64,000 nt of DNA from an uncultured Gammaproteobacteria bacterium (GCA_964596735.1 CAZQVF010000005.1:13328-77327), one strand, 5' to 3'; positions 25,359-35,780 are shown, counted from the first letter of the stretch. The notes: generated from the letters alone by a model not told the origin. A program made the numbers and translations.

Positions 25359-27071
25359 TTATTCAGCCACACGGAAAACTTCTTCTACAGTAGTAAGTCC
25401 ATCTAAAACTTTTAAGATTCCGTCTTGAACCATACCAACCATGCCCTGGCCTTTAACTAATTCTTTCATTTTATACTCGGAAAGGTCACCTTCTAGAACT
25501 GCTTTTTCAATCTCTGGATCAATTATTAAAACCTCATAAATTCCAACTCGTCCTTTATAGCCCAGGCCCTGGCATTTTTCACAACCTTCTCCTTTATAAA
25601 ATTTAAGTTTATTCAAGTCAATTTTAATGCCTGATTTCTCTGGAATTTCAGATAAAATCTTTTTTACTCGAACTAACTTTTCAGGCTCCAAGGTTGTTTC
25701 TTTTTTACATTCTTTGCAAATTCTTCTTCCTAAACGCTGGCCAATAACTGCATTAAGTGCTGGTGCCAAAAGATAAGGCTTTGCTCCCATAGAAAGAAAT
25801 CTAGGCAAAGCCCCTACTGCATCATTTGTATGAAGAGTAGAAACTACTAAATGACCAGTCAGGGCAGCTTGAATAGCGATATCAGCTGTTTCCAAATCTC
25901 TAATTTCTCCAACCATAACCACGTCTGGATCCTGACGAAGAATTGAACGAAGACCTTTGGCAAAGGTATATTCTTTTGATTTATCAACCTGACTCTGATT
26001 AACTCCTTTTAAATGATACTCTATTGGATCTTCTAGGGTAATAATTTTTGTTTCTGGATCATTAAGCTTATTTAAGATAGCATATAAGGTGGTTGTTTTT
26101 CCTGAACCTGTTGGACCTGTGGTGATAATCATCCCATTAGGTCTTTCTATTTGTGCTTTTAGTTTTTCTTCAACATCTTTACGAAAGCCAAGATCTTCAA
26201 AGCTTAACCCAGCTACTGATGCACGAAGTAGTCTCATAACCACACTTTCACCATAAGCGGTCGGTAATGTAGAAACCCGAACATCTGTTTTTTCTTTATT
26301 TAAATAAATAGTAAATCGTCCGTCTTGTGGCCGATCTGTTACATTCATTTTAAGACTAGATAATAATTTAAGCCTTGAAATGACTTTAGGCCAAAACTTC
26401 TTGTCTATCTCAGCCACTTCAATTAAAACTCCATCTATTCTAAATCTGACTTTAATGGCTGTTTCTTCTGCTTCAATATGAATATCAGAAGCTCCTGATT
26501 GGACAGAACTGGCCATAATTAAGGTGACCATATCAGAAATTTTAACATTCTGAACCTCCTGATTTAAATCTTTAAATGTTTTTACTTTATTTTTAAAATG
26601 TTCAAAGTCCTCGGGAGATATCTCAACTCCTTTGACAATTTTGCTAACCTTAGGCAAGGCAGCATAACGCTGATGAGCAAGTTTAAAACTATGTTCGGAA
26701 ATTAAATGAAGCTCTGTTTTTACATTCCAGGCTCCTTCAATTTGCTCTCTAAGATCTGCTAAACCAGGATTTTCAACCTGGGTTGAGGCAAGTTTAACTT
26801 TTTCTTCGGTTCGATAAAAACAAACTACCTGGTGTTTTAAGGCATCTTCTTCAGAAATCAACGTTAAAGCTTCAGAAGAAATAGGAAAATCAGCTAAATT
26901 AATATAAGGAATACCTATCTGACGAGCTTGCTCAGTCGCTTTTTCTTCTAAGTCTTTAATATTAATATTTATTAACTTCTGATTCAACTTTTTTTGTTCT
27001 TCTTCTGAAGCAATGTTGGGTTTTTTAGAAGATTGACCACCTTGTCCTAATAAATCCTTTAAATCTAACAT
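25359..27071 (-). CDS. type II secretion / type IV pilus assembly ATPase (GspE/PilB family)
   Basis: Walker A GPTGSGKTTTLYA, Asp box, His box and C-terminal CxxC...CxxC zinc motif (CKECK...CEKCQGLGY). Confidence 0.85.
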   Translation of the reverse strand: MLDLKDLLGQGGQSSKKPNIASEEEQKKLNQKLININIKDLEEKATEQARQIGIPYINLADFPISSEALTLISEEDALKHQVVCFYRTEEKVKLASTQVENPGLADLREQIEGAWNVKTELHLISEHSFKLAHQRYAALPKVSKIVKGVEISPEDFEHFKNKVKTFKDLNQEVQNVKISDMVTLIMASSVQSGASDIHIEAEETAIKVRFRIDGVLIEVAEIDKKFWPKVISRLKLLSSLKMNVTDRPQDGRFTIYLNKEKTDVRVSTLPTAYGESVVMRLLRASVAGLSFEDLGFRKDVEEKLKAQIERPNGMIITTGPTGSGKTTTLYAILNKLNDPETKIITLEDPIEYHLKGVNQSQVDKSKEYTFAKGLRSILRQDPDVVMVGEIRDLETADIAIQAALTGHLVVSTLHTNDAVGALPRFLSMGAKPYLLAPALNAVIGQRLGRRICKECKKETTLEPEKLVRVKKILSEIPEKSGIKIDLNKLKFYKGEGCEKCQGLGYKGRVGIYEVLIIDPEIEKAVLEGDLSEYKMKELVKGQGMVGMVQDGILKVLDGLTTVEEVFRVAE

Positions 27072-27080
27072 AAAAACTCA

Positions 27081-27947
27081 TTAAGATATAATTGAACTAG
27101 CTTCGTTGATTAAACTAGTTAACTTTTTTCCTTTAAGCATTGTTTTTTGTTTTAAAACCTCTTTTTTTGTAGAAATGAGCTCCTGACATAAAATCATCTT
27201 CTTAGAAAAAAGAATTTCTCTTGAAGCTCGATCCAAAGATCTTAAAATGGTAATTGGATAAAGCTTTTTATTCTCGATTAAATATTCTAAACCATTTCCT
27301 TTGGGATGTTGCCATCCTAACAATCTCAAATCCTTACATTGAGCATATTTGATAGCTGAATTAGAAAACTTGGTGTTAGAAATTAACCAAGGACGATGAA
27401 ACTCTCGACCTGTACCCTGACGCCAAGCATCTTGAAGGTCTAAAAATCTCGCCCACACATAAAGAGCTTCTTTTAGTCCTGACCGTAGCCCTGGAGCATT
27501 ATGATATTTACATTCTATCATATAAGTTCTGCTGTGACTAGATTCTTTTTCATTTATAGGATCAGGTTTTTTGTATGGAGATTTAGCAATAATATCTACT
27601 TCATGTTTAACACAAACCCCTTGAATAAGTGGCGGGCACCAAGCTTGATAGCCATAGGCCTTTAATAGGCTAACTATAAATTCTTCAAAAATAAAACCAG
27701 CCGGACCCAGGCTTAACATTGCTTTTTTTAAGCTATAACGAGTAGCAACGGCAGGGTCTTTTTGTTTTAAAAGCTTTAAAATCAACCTCAATAACTCACG
27801 CGTTTCCATGCCGTTATAAACATGTTTTATTACTTCTTTAACAATACGATCTGCTAGGTCTGGGCTAGCCCCTGCCCTAAGGCAGGTACGACGTACTTTA
27901 GCGGGATTAAACTTTGCTCTTTTCCCAGAGACCTTAATAACATACAT
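27081..27947 (-). CDS. ATP-cone domain fused to PD-(D/E)xK (Mrr-like) nuclease domain
   Basis: N-terminal MYVIKVSGKRAKFNPAKVRRTCLRAGASPDLADRIVKEV is an NrdR-like ATP-cone; central ...HEVDIIAKS...YMIECKYH has D...E-x-K nuclease catalytic spacing. Confidence 0.5.
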   Translation of the reverse strand: MYVIKVSGKRAKFNPAKVRRTCLRAGASPDLADRIVKEVIKHVYNGMETRELLRLILKLLKQKDPAVATRYSLKKAMLSLGPAGFIFEEFIVSLLKAYGYQAWCPPLIQGVCVKHEVDIIAKSPYKKPDPINEKESSHSRTYMIECKYHNAPGLRSGLKEALYVWARFLDLQDAWRQGTGREFHRPWLISNTKFSNSAIKYAQCKDLRLLGWQHPKGNGLEYLIENKKLYPITILRSLDRASREILFSKKMILCQELISTKKEVLKQKTMLKGKKLTSLINEASSIIS

Positions 27948-27949
27948 AT

Positions 27950-29317
27950 TTATTGATTATATAACCTTTGTTTAATTAAATCTATTTCCTGTTTTGTGCG
28001 GCTATTTTGCTCAATCCCATCTTTTATCTTTTCATAAGCATGCATAGCTGTTGTGTGATCACGATTCCCTAATTCTTTACCAATTAAAGGAAAGGAGGCT
28101 CCGACTTCTTCCCTCATCAAATACATGGCTACCTGTCTAGGAACAACAAGTTCTCTTTTTCGAGAGAGACCAATCATTTCACTAACGTGAATACCATAAA
28201 AATTAGCTACTGTTTCAATTAATTCTTTTGCTTGAATTAATCCTTTTTTTCTTCGCGTGTCTAAACTAGCTAGAACATTTTTTACTACAGATAAATCAAG
28301 TTCTGTTCTATGAAACTCATAATAAGCAATTAATTTGTTAAGGGCTCCTTCCAGCTCTCTAACGTTGCTTTGGATATGAGTAGCCAAATATTGAATAATC
28401 TCCTCATTTAAATTACATTTTCTTTCTTGACACTTTGCCTTTAAAATAGCTAACCTTGTTTCTAAATCAGGCGGAGTAATATCAGCAATTAATCCCCATT
28501 CTAATCGTGAGATTAAACGATCTTCAAGGGCAGGAATATCTTTGGGGGTGCGATCAGAGGTGAGGACTATTTGTTGCCCATCTTGATGAAGGCTGTTAAA
28601 GGTATGAAAAAATTCTTCCTGAGTCCGTTCTTTACCGGCCATAAATTGAATATCATCAACCAAAAGGACATCTACCCCCCTATAGATTTCTTTAAATTTA
28701 TCAATCGTTCCATTTCCAATCGCCCGAATAAACTCATTAGTAAACCTTTCTGCATTAGTACAAAGAACTTTTATCTTAGAGTTCTTCTCTAAAATAGCAT
28801 GGCCAATTGCTTGTAATAAATGGGTTTTTCCTAGTCCAACTCCTCCATAAATAAAAAGCGGGTTGTATTTTTTACCCGGCTGTTTAACTATAGCCTGACA
28901 AGCGGCGTAAGCCAATTCTGAACCCTTGCCGACAACAAAATTTTTAAAAGTATAACGAACATTTAATCCATGGCCATTAGTTTCTGGAACCTTCTCTGGG
29001 ACCAGCTTATCTATATCAATAGTTTCAGGTCCAGGCTCCTTAGCTGATTTTACGGCCTCAACCTTATAAATTACTTTTTTAACCTTGTTGTCTGTAGCTC
29101 CCTGTAGGGCCTCAAGAATAGATCGATGATATTTCTTTTCTAACCAATTTTTAGAAAAATTATTTGGCACACCAACAATAACAGTTTCCCCATTATCCTG
29201 GAGTTGAGAAATATAAGTATTTTGAAACCAAGTCTTAAAATTAGCTTTAGAAAGCGATAACTCTAGCTCTGACAAAACAATATTCCAAATTTCTTGTTTA
29301 TCCACTTCTTCAACCAT
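27950..29317 (-). CDS. dnaA: chromosomal replication initiator protein DnaA
   Basis: AAA+ Walker A GGVGLGKTHLL, box VII, C-terminal DNA-binding helix-turn-helix (HTAMHAYEKI). Confidence 0.95.
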   Translation of the reverse strand: MVEEVDKQEIWNIVLSELELSLSKANFKTWFQNTYISQLQDNGETVIVGVPNNFSKNWLEKKYHRSILEALQGATDNKVKKVIYKVEAVKSAKEPGPETIDIDKLVPEKVPETNGHGLNVRYTFKNFVVGKGSELAYAACQAIVKQPGKKYNPLFIYGGVGLGKTHLLQAIGHAILEKNSKIKVLCTNAERFTNEFIRAIGNGTIDKFKEIYRGVDVLLVDDIQFMAGKERTQEEFFHTFNSLHQDGQQIVLTSDRTPKDIPALEDRLISRLEWGLIADITPPDLETRLAILKAKCQERKCNLNEEIIQYLATHIQSNVRELEGALNKLIAYYEFHRTELDLSVVKNVLASLDTRRKKGLIQAKELIETVANFYGIHVSEMIGLSRKRELVVPRQVAMYLMREEVGASFPLIGKELGNRDHTTAMHAYEKIKDGIEQNSRTKQEIDLIKQRLYNQ

Positions 29318-29503
29318 AACAAACTGTTTAAATAAATTACTTAATAATTTAGTAGATATATAATAACATTTATTAACAAAAAGACAAATTAATCAAAGTT
29401 AACAACATGGGGACAATCTGTGGACAACCTAAATCCTTGCCTTCTTGGACAAAAACTGTTATTTTAATAACAATAACTAATTATAATAAGATTTAAGATT
29501 AAT
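29318..29503. other. candidate replication origin (oriC) between dnaA and rpmF
   Basis: AT-rich 186-bp spacer with DnaA-box-like 9-mers TGTGGACAA (29419-29427), GGGGACAAT (29409-29417) and TTGGACAAA (29445-29453), immediately upstream of the dnaA start. Confidence 0.45.
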
Positions 29504-29740
29504 ATGGCCTTACCAACGCAAAAAAGATCAAAATCTCGCAAAAGGGTTAAACAGTATAAAAATCGCTTAAAAAAGAAAATTTTATCAACTTGTCCAAAAT
29601 GCAAAAAACCAGTTCTCCCTCATCACGCTTGTCATTTCTGCGGTATTTATATAAATAAAGAAATTATTAACCCGAAAAAAGATAAGAAAGAAAGGAAAAA
29701 AGAAAAAGAAAAAAAAGAAAAAGAATCAACAAAAAAATAA
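29504..29740 (+). CDS. rpmF: 50S ribosomal protein L32 with lysine-rich C-terminal tail
   Basis: MALPTQKRSKSRKR...CPKCKKPVLPHHACHFCGIY L32 zinc-ribbon core. Confidence 0.8.
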   Translation: MALPTQKRSKSRKRVKQYKNRLKKKILSTCPKCKKPVLPHHACHFCGIYINKEIINPKKDKKERKKEKEKKEKESTKK

Positions 29741-29754
29741 AATAATTTAATTTT

Positions 29755-30204
29755 ATGTCTCAAAGGCATTTAGCGAGAACAATTGCTGTCCAAACATTAG
29801 CCGAATGGGATTTTAATCGATCTATTCTTAAAAAAGAATCTGAAATTAAAAAAATTCTTGAACGCCACTTAAAAGAATCTACGTTACCAGAATTTGAAGG
29901 AAAAGAATTTACTGAAAAACTAGTTAAAGGAGTTTCTGATGGATTTCTAAAAATTAATGCATATATTAAAAAATATGCTCCCCAATGGCCCATTGAACAA
30001 ATAACTCTAATTGATAGAAATATTCTTCGACTGGGAATTTTTGAACTTATCTTTTTTACAGAAACTCCTCCGAAAGTAGCAATAAATGAAGCAATTGAAA
30101 TAGCCAAGGCTTTTGGTGGCGGAACCTCTGGTAAATTTATTAACGGTGTTCTGGGAGCAATCTATGAAGATATAAAGAAACAGAAACCTAAAAACAAAAA
30201 ATGA
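29755..30204 (+). CDS. nusB: transcription antitermination factor NusB
   Basis: [17 protein letters not shown]...[11 protein letters not shown] NusB fold signature. Confidence 0.85.
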   Translation: MSQRHLARTIAVQTLAEWDFNRSILKKESEIKKILERHLKESTLPEFEGKEFTEKLVKGVSDGFLKINAYIKKYAPQWPIEQITLIDRNILRLGIFELIFFTETPPKVAINEAIEIAKAFGGGTSGKFINGVLGAIYEDIKKQKPKNKK

Positions 30205-30890
30205 AAAACTTATCTACCTTTGAAAAAGAACTTAACTTAAAATTTAAAAATAAGGATCTTTTTCATCAAGCATTAATTCATCGATCTTATCTAAATGAAC
30301 ATCCGACCTTTAAGCTTGGTCATAATGAAAGGTTGGAATTTTTAGGCGACGCTGTTCTAGAACTCATTATTACTAAATTCCTTTTTCAAAATTTCAAACA
30401 GGGAGAAGGGCAATTAACCCGTTTTCGTTCTAGCTTGGTTAACACAAAAACATTAGCTCAGGTCGCCAAAAAACTAAAACTTAATGACTATCTTTTTTTA
30501 AGTAAAGGAGAAAACAACTCAAAAGGTAAATCTCGAGAAGCTATTCTTGCTAACACTTTTGAAGCTTTACTTGGGGCTATTTACCTAGACCAAGGCTTTA
30601 ATCAAGCAGAAAAATTTATTCACCATCATCTTGTTCCTATCTTAGATGATATTTTAAAGAATAGGTTATACCGAGATCCTAAAAGTAAGTTCCAGGAACT
30701 TATTCAAAATAAACTAAAGATTACTCCTGTTTACAAACTCATTCAGGAATCTGGATTGGATCATGCAAAAAAATTTACTATTGGTGTATTTTTAAATCAA
30801 AAGCTGATCGCTAAAGGAATGGGAAAAAATAAACACGAAGCAGAAACAGAAGCAGCCAAAAAAGCCTTAAAGAAAAAATTAAACATTTAA
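30201..30890 (+). CDS. rnc: ribonuclease III
   Basis: [16 protein letters not shown] catalytic signature plus C-terminal dsRBD. Confidence 0.9.
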   Translation: MKNLSTFEKELNLKFKNKDLFHQALIHRSYLNEHPTFKLGHNERLEFLGDAVLELIITKFLFQNFKQGEGQLTRFRSSLVNTKTLAQVAKKLKLNDYLFLSKGENNSKGKSREAILANTFEALLGAIYLDQGFNQAEKFIHHHLVPILDDILKNRLYRDPKSKFQELIQNKLKITPVYKLIQESGLDHAKKFTIGVFLNQKLIAKGMGKNKHEAETEAAKKALKKKLNI

Positions 30891-30904
30891 ACAATATGGT
30901 TTTG

Positions 30905-30925
30905 AGGCCTCAGGGCCTATTTTCT
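30905..30925 (+). terminator. short hairpin + T-tract after rnc
   Basis: AGGCC-tcag-GGCCT followed by ATTTTCT. Confidence 0.4.
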
Positions 30926-30943
30926 ATTAACAAAATTTAATTC

Positions 30944-33166
30944 ATGTATCTTAAACGTTTAGAAATAATTGGTTTTAAATCTTTTGCCCGTCGTTCTATT
31001 TTAGAATTCCCTCAACCTAAAAAGGGAAATTTAAGTATTGCGGCAATTGTTGGACCAAACGGAGTTGGAAAATCAAATTTAGTGGAATCTATTCGCTGGG
31101 CTTTGGGTGAACAAAGCCTAAAGAGTTTACGAGGGAAAAAATTACAAGACATTATTTTCTCTGGTTCTATTAGAAAAACTCGTTTAAATTTAGCCGAAGT
31201 TACCCTATTTTTTAATAATGAAGACGGAGCAGCTCCTATAGATTATAAAGAATTTACAGTCACCCGCCGAATTTATCGTAATGGAGAAAGTGAATATTTA
31301 ATTAATAAAAATAAAGTCCGACTTCAAGATATTTTAATTTTATTAGCTAAAAGTAATTTTGGACAAAAAAGCTATAGTGTTGTTAGTCAGGGAATGGTTG
31401 ATCAAATTCTTCAATCCTCTCCTTTGGAAAGAAAAAGGTTTTTTGATGAAGCTACCGGCATTAAACAATATCAAATAAAAAAAGATGAAGCATTTAGAAA
31501 AATCGAAAGAAGCCAAATAAACCTACAGCAAGCCAATATTGCTCTCTCTGAGATTTCTCCCCACTTGCGTTCTTTAACTCGTCAAATAAATAAATTAGAA
31601 AGACGCAAAGAAATAGAGGCAAAGCTCATTAAACTACAAAATAAATACTATGGTGCTTTATGGCAAGATTCTAATGAGGAAATTTTTATTCTGAATAAAA
31701 AGATTGATCAAGAAGTTCAAAAACAAAAACAAGTTGAGGAAATGTTGGAAAATGTTCAAAAACAATCTGAGGCTCTGGTTTATGAAAAAATTGATGATCA
31801 ATATGAAAAAATACAAAAAGATTATCAACGTACTTTGGAAGAAAAAAATAAATATTTAGGAGAACAATCTATGTTACAGGCTCAATTAAATTTTCAAAAA
31901 CAATTAAATCAGGGAAAAGAAGAAAACCTTAAAATAGAACTAGACGAAGAAAAGTTATTACTTGATTTAAAAAAATTAGAATCTGATCAAAAAGAATTTC
32001 TAAATAAATTAGAAAAAATTTCTCAGATTAAAGAGTTAGAAAAAATAAAAAATTTGAGCAAAATAATCTATGAAAAAATTATTTTATGTTTAAAACAATT
32101 TGAACCGGAAAAAAACACGAAGACCACCTCAACTAATTCAAAACAAGAACAACAAATTAAAACATTAGAAGTAAAAAAAACGCAAATTGATAGAAATATT
32201 AAAGAAGTAGATAAAAAATTAAAGCAAATTAATCAAGAATTAAATGAATTTAACGAAAAAGAAAGAGGAAAGCGAAAAAAATTATTGGATTGGCAAAAGA
32301 AGGTTCAGGAAAAACAATCCAAATTAAATCAACTTACTTATAAAATCAATGAATTAAAAATTGACCTGGCTCGTTTAGAAACTAAAGAGGACATTTTAGA
32401 AGAAGAAATTAATGAAGAAATGGGGGCTCAGGGTAAAGAAATTATGAAAATTAGAAAAACTAATGTCCGGCCAGAACAAGAAGATCTAGACAAAATTCAT
32501 AAATTAAAACATCAACTGGAATTAATTGGAAGTATTGATCCAGAAATTGCCAAAGAATATCCTGAAGTTCGTCAGCGTTATGAATTCTTAAATTCACAGA
32601 GCAATGATTTGACAAAAAGTCTCAAGGCTTTAAATAAAATCATTCAAGAATTAGATGAAAAAATTAAAGAACAGTTCAAAGGAAATTTTTCTCAGATTAA
32701 TCAAATGTTTGACCGCTATTTTAAAATTATCTTTGGTGGCGGCAATGCAAAAATAATTTTACAAAAACAAGAACAAGAGCCTCAAAAAAATGAAGACGAG
32801 CAAGAATCATTGATAATAAATAAAATAATCGATGGAATTGATATTTTTGCTACCCCTCCAGGAAAAAAAATAAAAAGCATTGAAATGCTTTCCGGTGGAG
32901 AAAAAGCCCTCGCCTCTCTTGCTCTTATCTGCGCTATTATTTCTATTAACAAACCTCCTTTTGTTGTTCTTGATGAAGTTGACGCTGCCTTAGACCAAGA
33001 AAATTCTTTTAGATTTGGGAAAATTTTACAAGAATTAAGGCATAATTCTCAGTTTATTATTGTCACCCACAATCAGCAAACAATTGAAGCAGCTGATATT
33101 CTTTACGGGATCACCATGGACAGTGATAGTATTTCTAGGTTAATTTCTCTGAAATTAGAAGAATAA
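30944..33166 (+). CDS. smc: SMC-family chromosome segregation ATPase (short, no recognisable hinge)
   Basis: Head Walker A GPNGVGKSN; long coiled coil; C-terminal signature LSGGEKALASLAL and Walker B VLDEVDAALD. Conserved rnc-smc synteny. Only 740 aa. Confidence 0.7.
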   Translation: MYLKRLEIIGFKSFARRSILEFPQPKKGNLSIAAIVGPNGVGKSNLVESIRWALGEQSLKSLRGKKLQDIIFSGSIRKTRLNLAEVTLFFNNEDGAAPIDYKEFTVTRRIYRNGESEYLINKNKVRLQDILILLAKSNFGQKSYSVVSQGMVDQILQSSPLERKRFFDEATGIKQYQIKKDEAFRKIERSQINLQQANIALSEISPHLRSLTRQINKLERRKEIEAKLIKLQNKYYGALWQDSNEEIFILNKKIDQEVQKQKQVEEMLENVQKQSEALVYEKIDDQYEKIQKDYQRTLEEKNKYLGEQSMLQAQLNFQKQLNQGKEENLKIELDEEKLLLDLKKLESDQKEFLNKLEKISQIKELEKIKNLSKIIYEKIILCLKQFEPEKNTKTTSTNSKQEQQIKTLEVKKTQIDRNIKEVDKKLKQINQELNEFNEKERGKRKKLLDWQKKVQEKQSKLNQLTYKINELKIDLARLETKEDILEEEINEEMGAQGKEIMKIRKTNVRPEQEDLDKIHKLKHQLELIGSIDPEIAKEYPEVRQRYEFLNSQSNDLTKSLKALNKIIQELDEKIKEQFKGNFSQINQMFDRYFKIIFGGGNAKIILQKQEQEPQKNEDEQESLIINKIIDGIDIFATPPGKKIKSIEMLSGGEKALASLALICAIISINKPPFVVLDEVDAALDQENSFRFGKILQELRHNSQFIIVTHNQQTIEAADILYGITMDSDSISRLISLKLEE

Positions 33167-33183
33167 AAAAAGAAAAGAAAAAA

Positions 33184-33206
33184 GGGATTTTTAAATCTCT
33201 TTTTTG
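33184..33206. terminator. hairpin + T-run between convergent smc and mreB (possible bidirectional terminator)
   Basis: GGGATTT-tt-AAATCTC (one G-U) followed by TTTTTTG. Confidence 0.3.
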
Positions 33207-33216
33207 TTTTAAAAAT

Positions 33217-34254
33217 TTAATCTCTAGCCGAAGGAACAAAAACTTGTCTCAAGTTTTCAAAATCCTCTAGCACTAATCCAGTGCCCCTAATAATAGCTGT
33301 GGCTGGATCATCTGTTACTAATACAGGAATATTGATTCTTTTCTGAATCATTTTATCTAAACCACGTAACATTGCTCCCCCTCCCGAGAGAACAATTCCT
33401 CTTTCATAAATATCAGAAACTAACTCTGGTGGGGTCGCTTCAATGGTTTCATGAACTCCCTCAACAATTGTCTTTAGTAGTGGCATAATCGCCTCTCTTA
33501 TTTGGCTTTCGTTAATAAGTACCTCTTTGGGTAAACCTTTGATTAAATCTCTTCCCTTTGCCCTCATTTCTTGATTTTTATTACCAAAGGCTGAACCAAT
33601 CTTGACTTTTATTTCTTCAGCAGTCTGGTTTCCTAAAAGAACCCCAAATTTTTCCCTAATATAACTAATAATATTTTTATTAAGTGATTCTCCACCAATC
33701 TTTAATGACTTACTAGAAACAATTCCGTTTAAAGAAATCACCGCCACTTCGGAAAGCCCTCCCCCAAGTTCAACAATTAAATTACCAATTGATTCTTGAA
33801 TGGGAAGCCGTACCCCAATCGCAGCAGCCACTGGTCTCTCAACTAAAAAAACTTCACGTGCTCCTGCCTGTATAATAACGTCTTCTAAAGACTTTTTTTC
33901 TACCTCAGTTACATCAAGGGGAATAGCGGCAACTACTTTTGGTCTAGGAACAAGAGTAAAGGTATCTCTATGTACTTTTTCAAAAATTGATTTAAGCATT
34001 TTTTCTGTCACTTCAAAATCTGAAATAACCCCATGACTTAATGGTTCAATAATTGAAATATGACTAGGGGCTTTGCCCATCATTTTTAAAGCATTGGTTC
34101 CAATGGCAATAATTTGCTCGTTTCTTAAATTAATGGCAACGACAGAGGATTCACTGATTACCATCCCTCTCCCGCGAACATAAACCCTGACATTAGTAGT
34201 ACCTAAATCAATTCCAATATCTTTTGAGAATAAGCCAAAAAATTTTTTTAACAT
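33217..34254 (-). CDS. mreB: rod-shape-determining actin homolog MreB
   Basis: IGIDLGTTNVRVY...LGGG...VLSGGGA actin-fold phosphate/adenosine motifs. Confidence 0.9.
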   Translation of the reverse strand: MLKKFFGLFSKDIGIDLGTTNVRVYVRGRGMVISESSVVAINLRNEQIIAIGTNALKMMGKAPSHISIIEPLSHGVISDFEVTEKMLKSIFEKVHRDTFTLVPRPKVVAAIPLDVTEVEKKSLEDVIIQAGAREVFLVERPVAAAIGVRLPIQESIGNLIVELGGGLSEVAVISLNGIVSSKSLKIGGESLNKNIISYIREKFGVLLGNQTAEEIKVKIGSAFGNKNQEMRAKGRDLIKGLPKEVLINESQIREAIMPLLKTIVEGVHETIEATPPELVSDIYERGIVLSGGGAMLRGLDKMIQKRINIPVLVTDDPATAIIRGTGLVLEDFENLRQVFVPSARD

Positions 34255-34316
34255 AAAATATATTTATTTAATACTATATTAGAGTTTAGCTGATAATAAC
34301 TTAATTGTAAACATCT

Positions 34317-35780
34317 TTAATAACCCTGAGCGAATAACCACCTACGTTTAGCCGACTTTCCACAATGTATACACTTTCCCTTTAGATTTTCTTTAACTTT
34401 ATTCATTTCTAAGACCCGCGTACTAAATTTAGTTTCTTGCTTAATTTTTTCTTCACACCTTTTATCTTCACACCAAAAAGCCCTAATAAAGACTTTTCGA
34501 GCCTGGCTAATCTTTTTAAATTCTTGATAAGTATCAACCTCAACTGTTAAATCTCTTTTAATTTTCTCTGATTTGGCAAAAAGATCTTTTTGTATTTGAT
34601 CCAAAAGATTTTTAGTCTTTATAATTAAATCTTTAACAGAAACCAAACTCTGTGAAAAAGTATCTCTTCTTACAAATTTTATTTTTTTGCCCTTAAGCTC
34701 TTTTTGCCCAATTTCTATTCTAAGGGGAACTCCTTTTATCTCCCATTCGTTGATACGATAACCCAAGGAGTATTTAAGATCTGTATCAAGCTTGACTCTT
34801 AGTCCGTTTTTCTTCAATTTTCCACAAACCTCTTGAGCGTATTTTTTTGTCTTTTCTGACTGAACTTTTTCTTTATCAGCTATTGCTAATATAACCACCT
34901 GGGGCTCTGCTACCTTTGGAGGAAGAATCAAACCAGAATCATCTCCATGGACCAAAACTAATCCTCCGATTGACCGTGTAGATAATCCCCAAGAAGTCTG
35001 AAAGGGATGACGTTTTTTCTCCTTATTATCCAAAAAACTAATATCAAACACTTTAGAAAAATTATCACCTAAATTATGCGAAGTAGCTGCTTGTAATGCC
35101 TTTCCATTAGGGATAACCAACTCAACAGAATAAGTAGTTTTAGCTCCTGCAAATTTTTCCTGCTCACTTTTAATGCCCACATAAGGAGATATGGCGAAAT
35201 AGTCTTTATAAAAATCTTCATACCACCCTAAAGCCTCTAAGGCCATCTTAATGGCTTCTTGTTCTGTTTGGTGGACTGTATGACCCTCTTGCCATAAAAA
35301 TTCTGTCGTTCTAAGAAAAGGATAAGTTCTTTTTTCCCATCTAATTACATTACACCATTGATTTATTTTTAAGGGTAAGTCTCGATAACTGTGAATCCAA
35401 TCAGCAAAAGTTTTATACATAATCGTTTCAGAAGTTGGTCTAAGAACATAGGGCTCAGATAGTTTTTCTCCTCCAGCATAAGTAACCACAGCTAACTCAG
35501 GAGAAAACCCTTCTAAATGTTTCTTTTCTTTTTTTAAAAGATGATTAGGAATTAACAATGGAAAATAACAGTTTTTAACATCGCTTTGCTTAAATTTTTG
35601 GTCAAGGACTGTTTGCACTTTTTCCCAAAGAGCATAACCATTTGGTTTAATAATCATGCTTCCTTTTACTTCAGAATAATCAGCCAAATCAGCGCGTAAA
35701 ACAACATCGCTATACCATTTGGCAATATTTTCTGATTTTTTTGTTAAACCCTTTTTTTCAAAGCTTTTTTTCTGTCTCAT
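34317..35780 (-). CDS. proS: prolyl-tRNA synthetase (archaeal/eukaryotic-like type)
   Basis: Class II motifs, no bacterial INS domain; C-terminal zinc-binding extension CIHCGKSAKRRWLFAQGY ending in Tyr, typical of the archaeal-type enzyme. Confidence 0.9.
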   Translation of the reverse strand: MRQKKSFEKKGLTKKSENIAKWYSDVVLRADLADYSEVKGSMIIKPNGYALWEKVQTVLDQKFKQSDVKNCYFPLLIPNHLLKKEKKHLEGFSPELAVVTYAGGEKLSEPYVLRPTSETIMYKTFADWIHSYRDLPLKINQWCNVIRWEKRTYPFLRTTEFLWQEGHTVHQTEQEAIKMALEALGWYEDFYKDYFAISPYVGIKSEQEKFAGAKTTYSVELVIPNGKALQAATSHNLGDNFSKVFDISFLDNKEKKRHPFQTSWGLSTRSIGGLVLVHGDDSGLILPPKVAEPQVVILAIADKEKVQSEKTKKYAQEVCGKLKKNGLRVKLDTDLKYSLGYRINEWEIKGVPLRIEIGQKELKGKKIKFVRRDTFSQSLVSVKDLIIKTKNLLDQIQKDLFAKSEKIKRDLTVEVDTYQEFKKISQARKVFIRAFWCEDKRCEEKIKQETKFSTRVLEMNKVKENLKGKCIHCGKSAKRRWLFAQGY

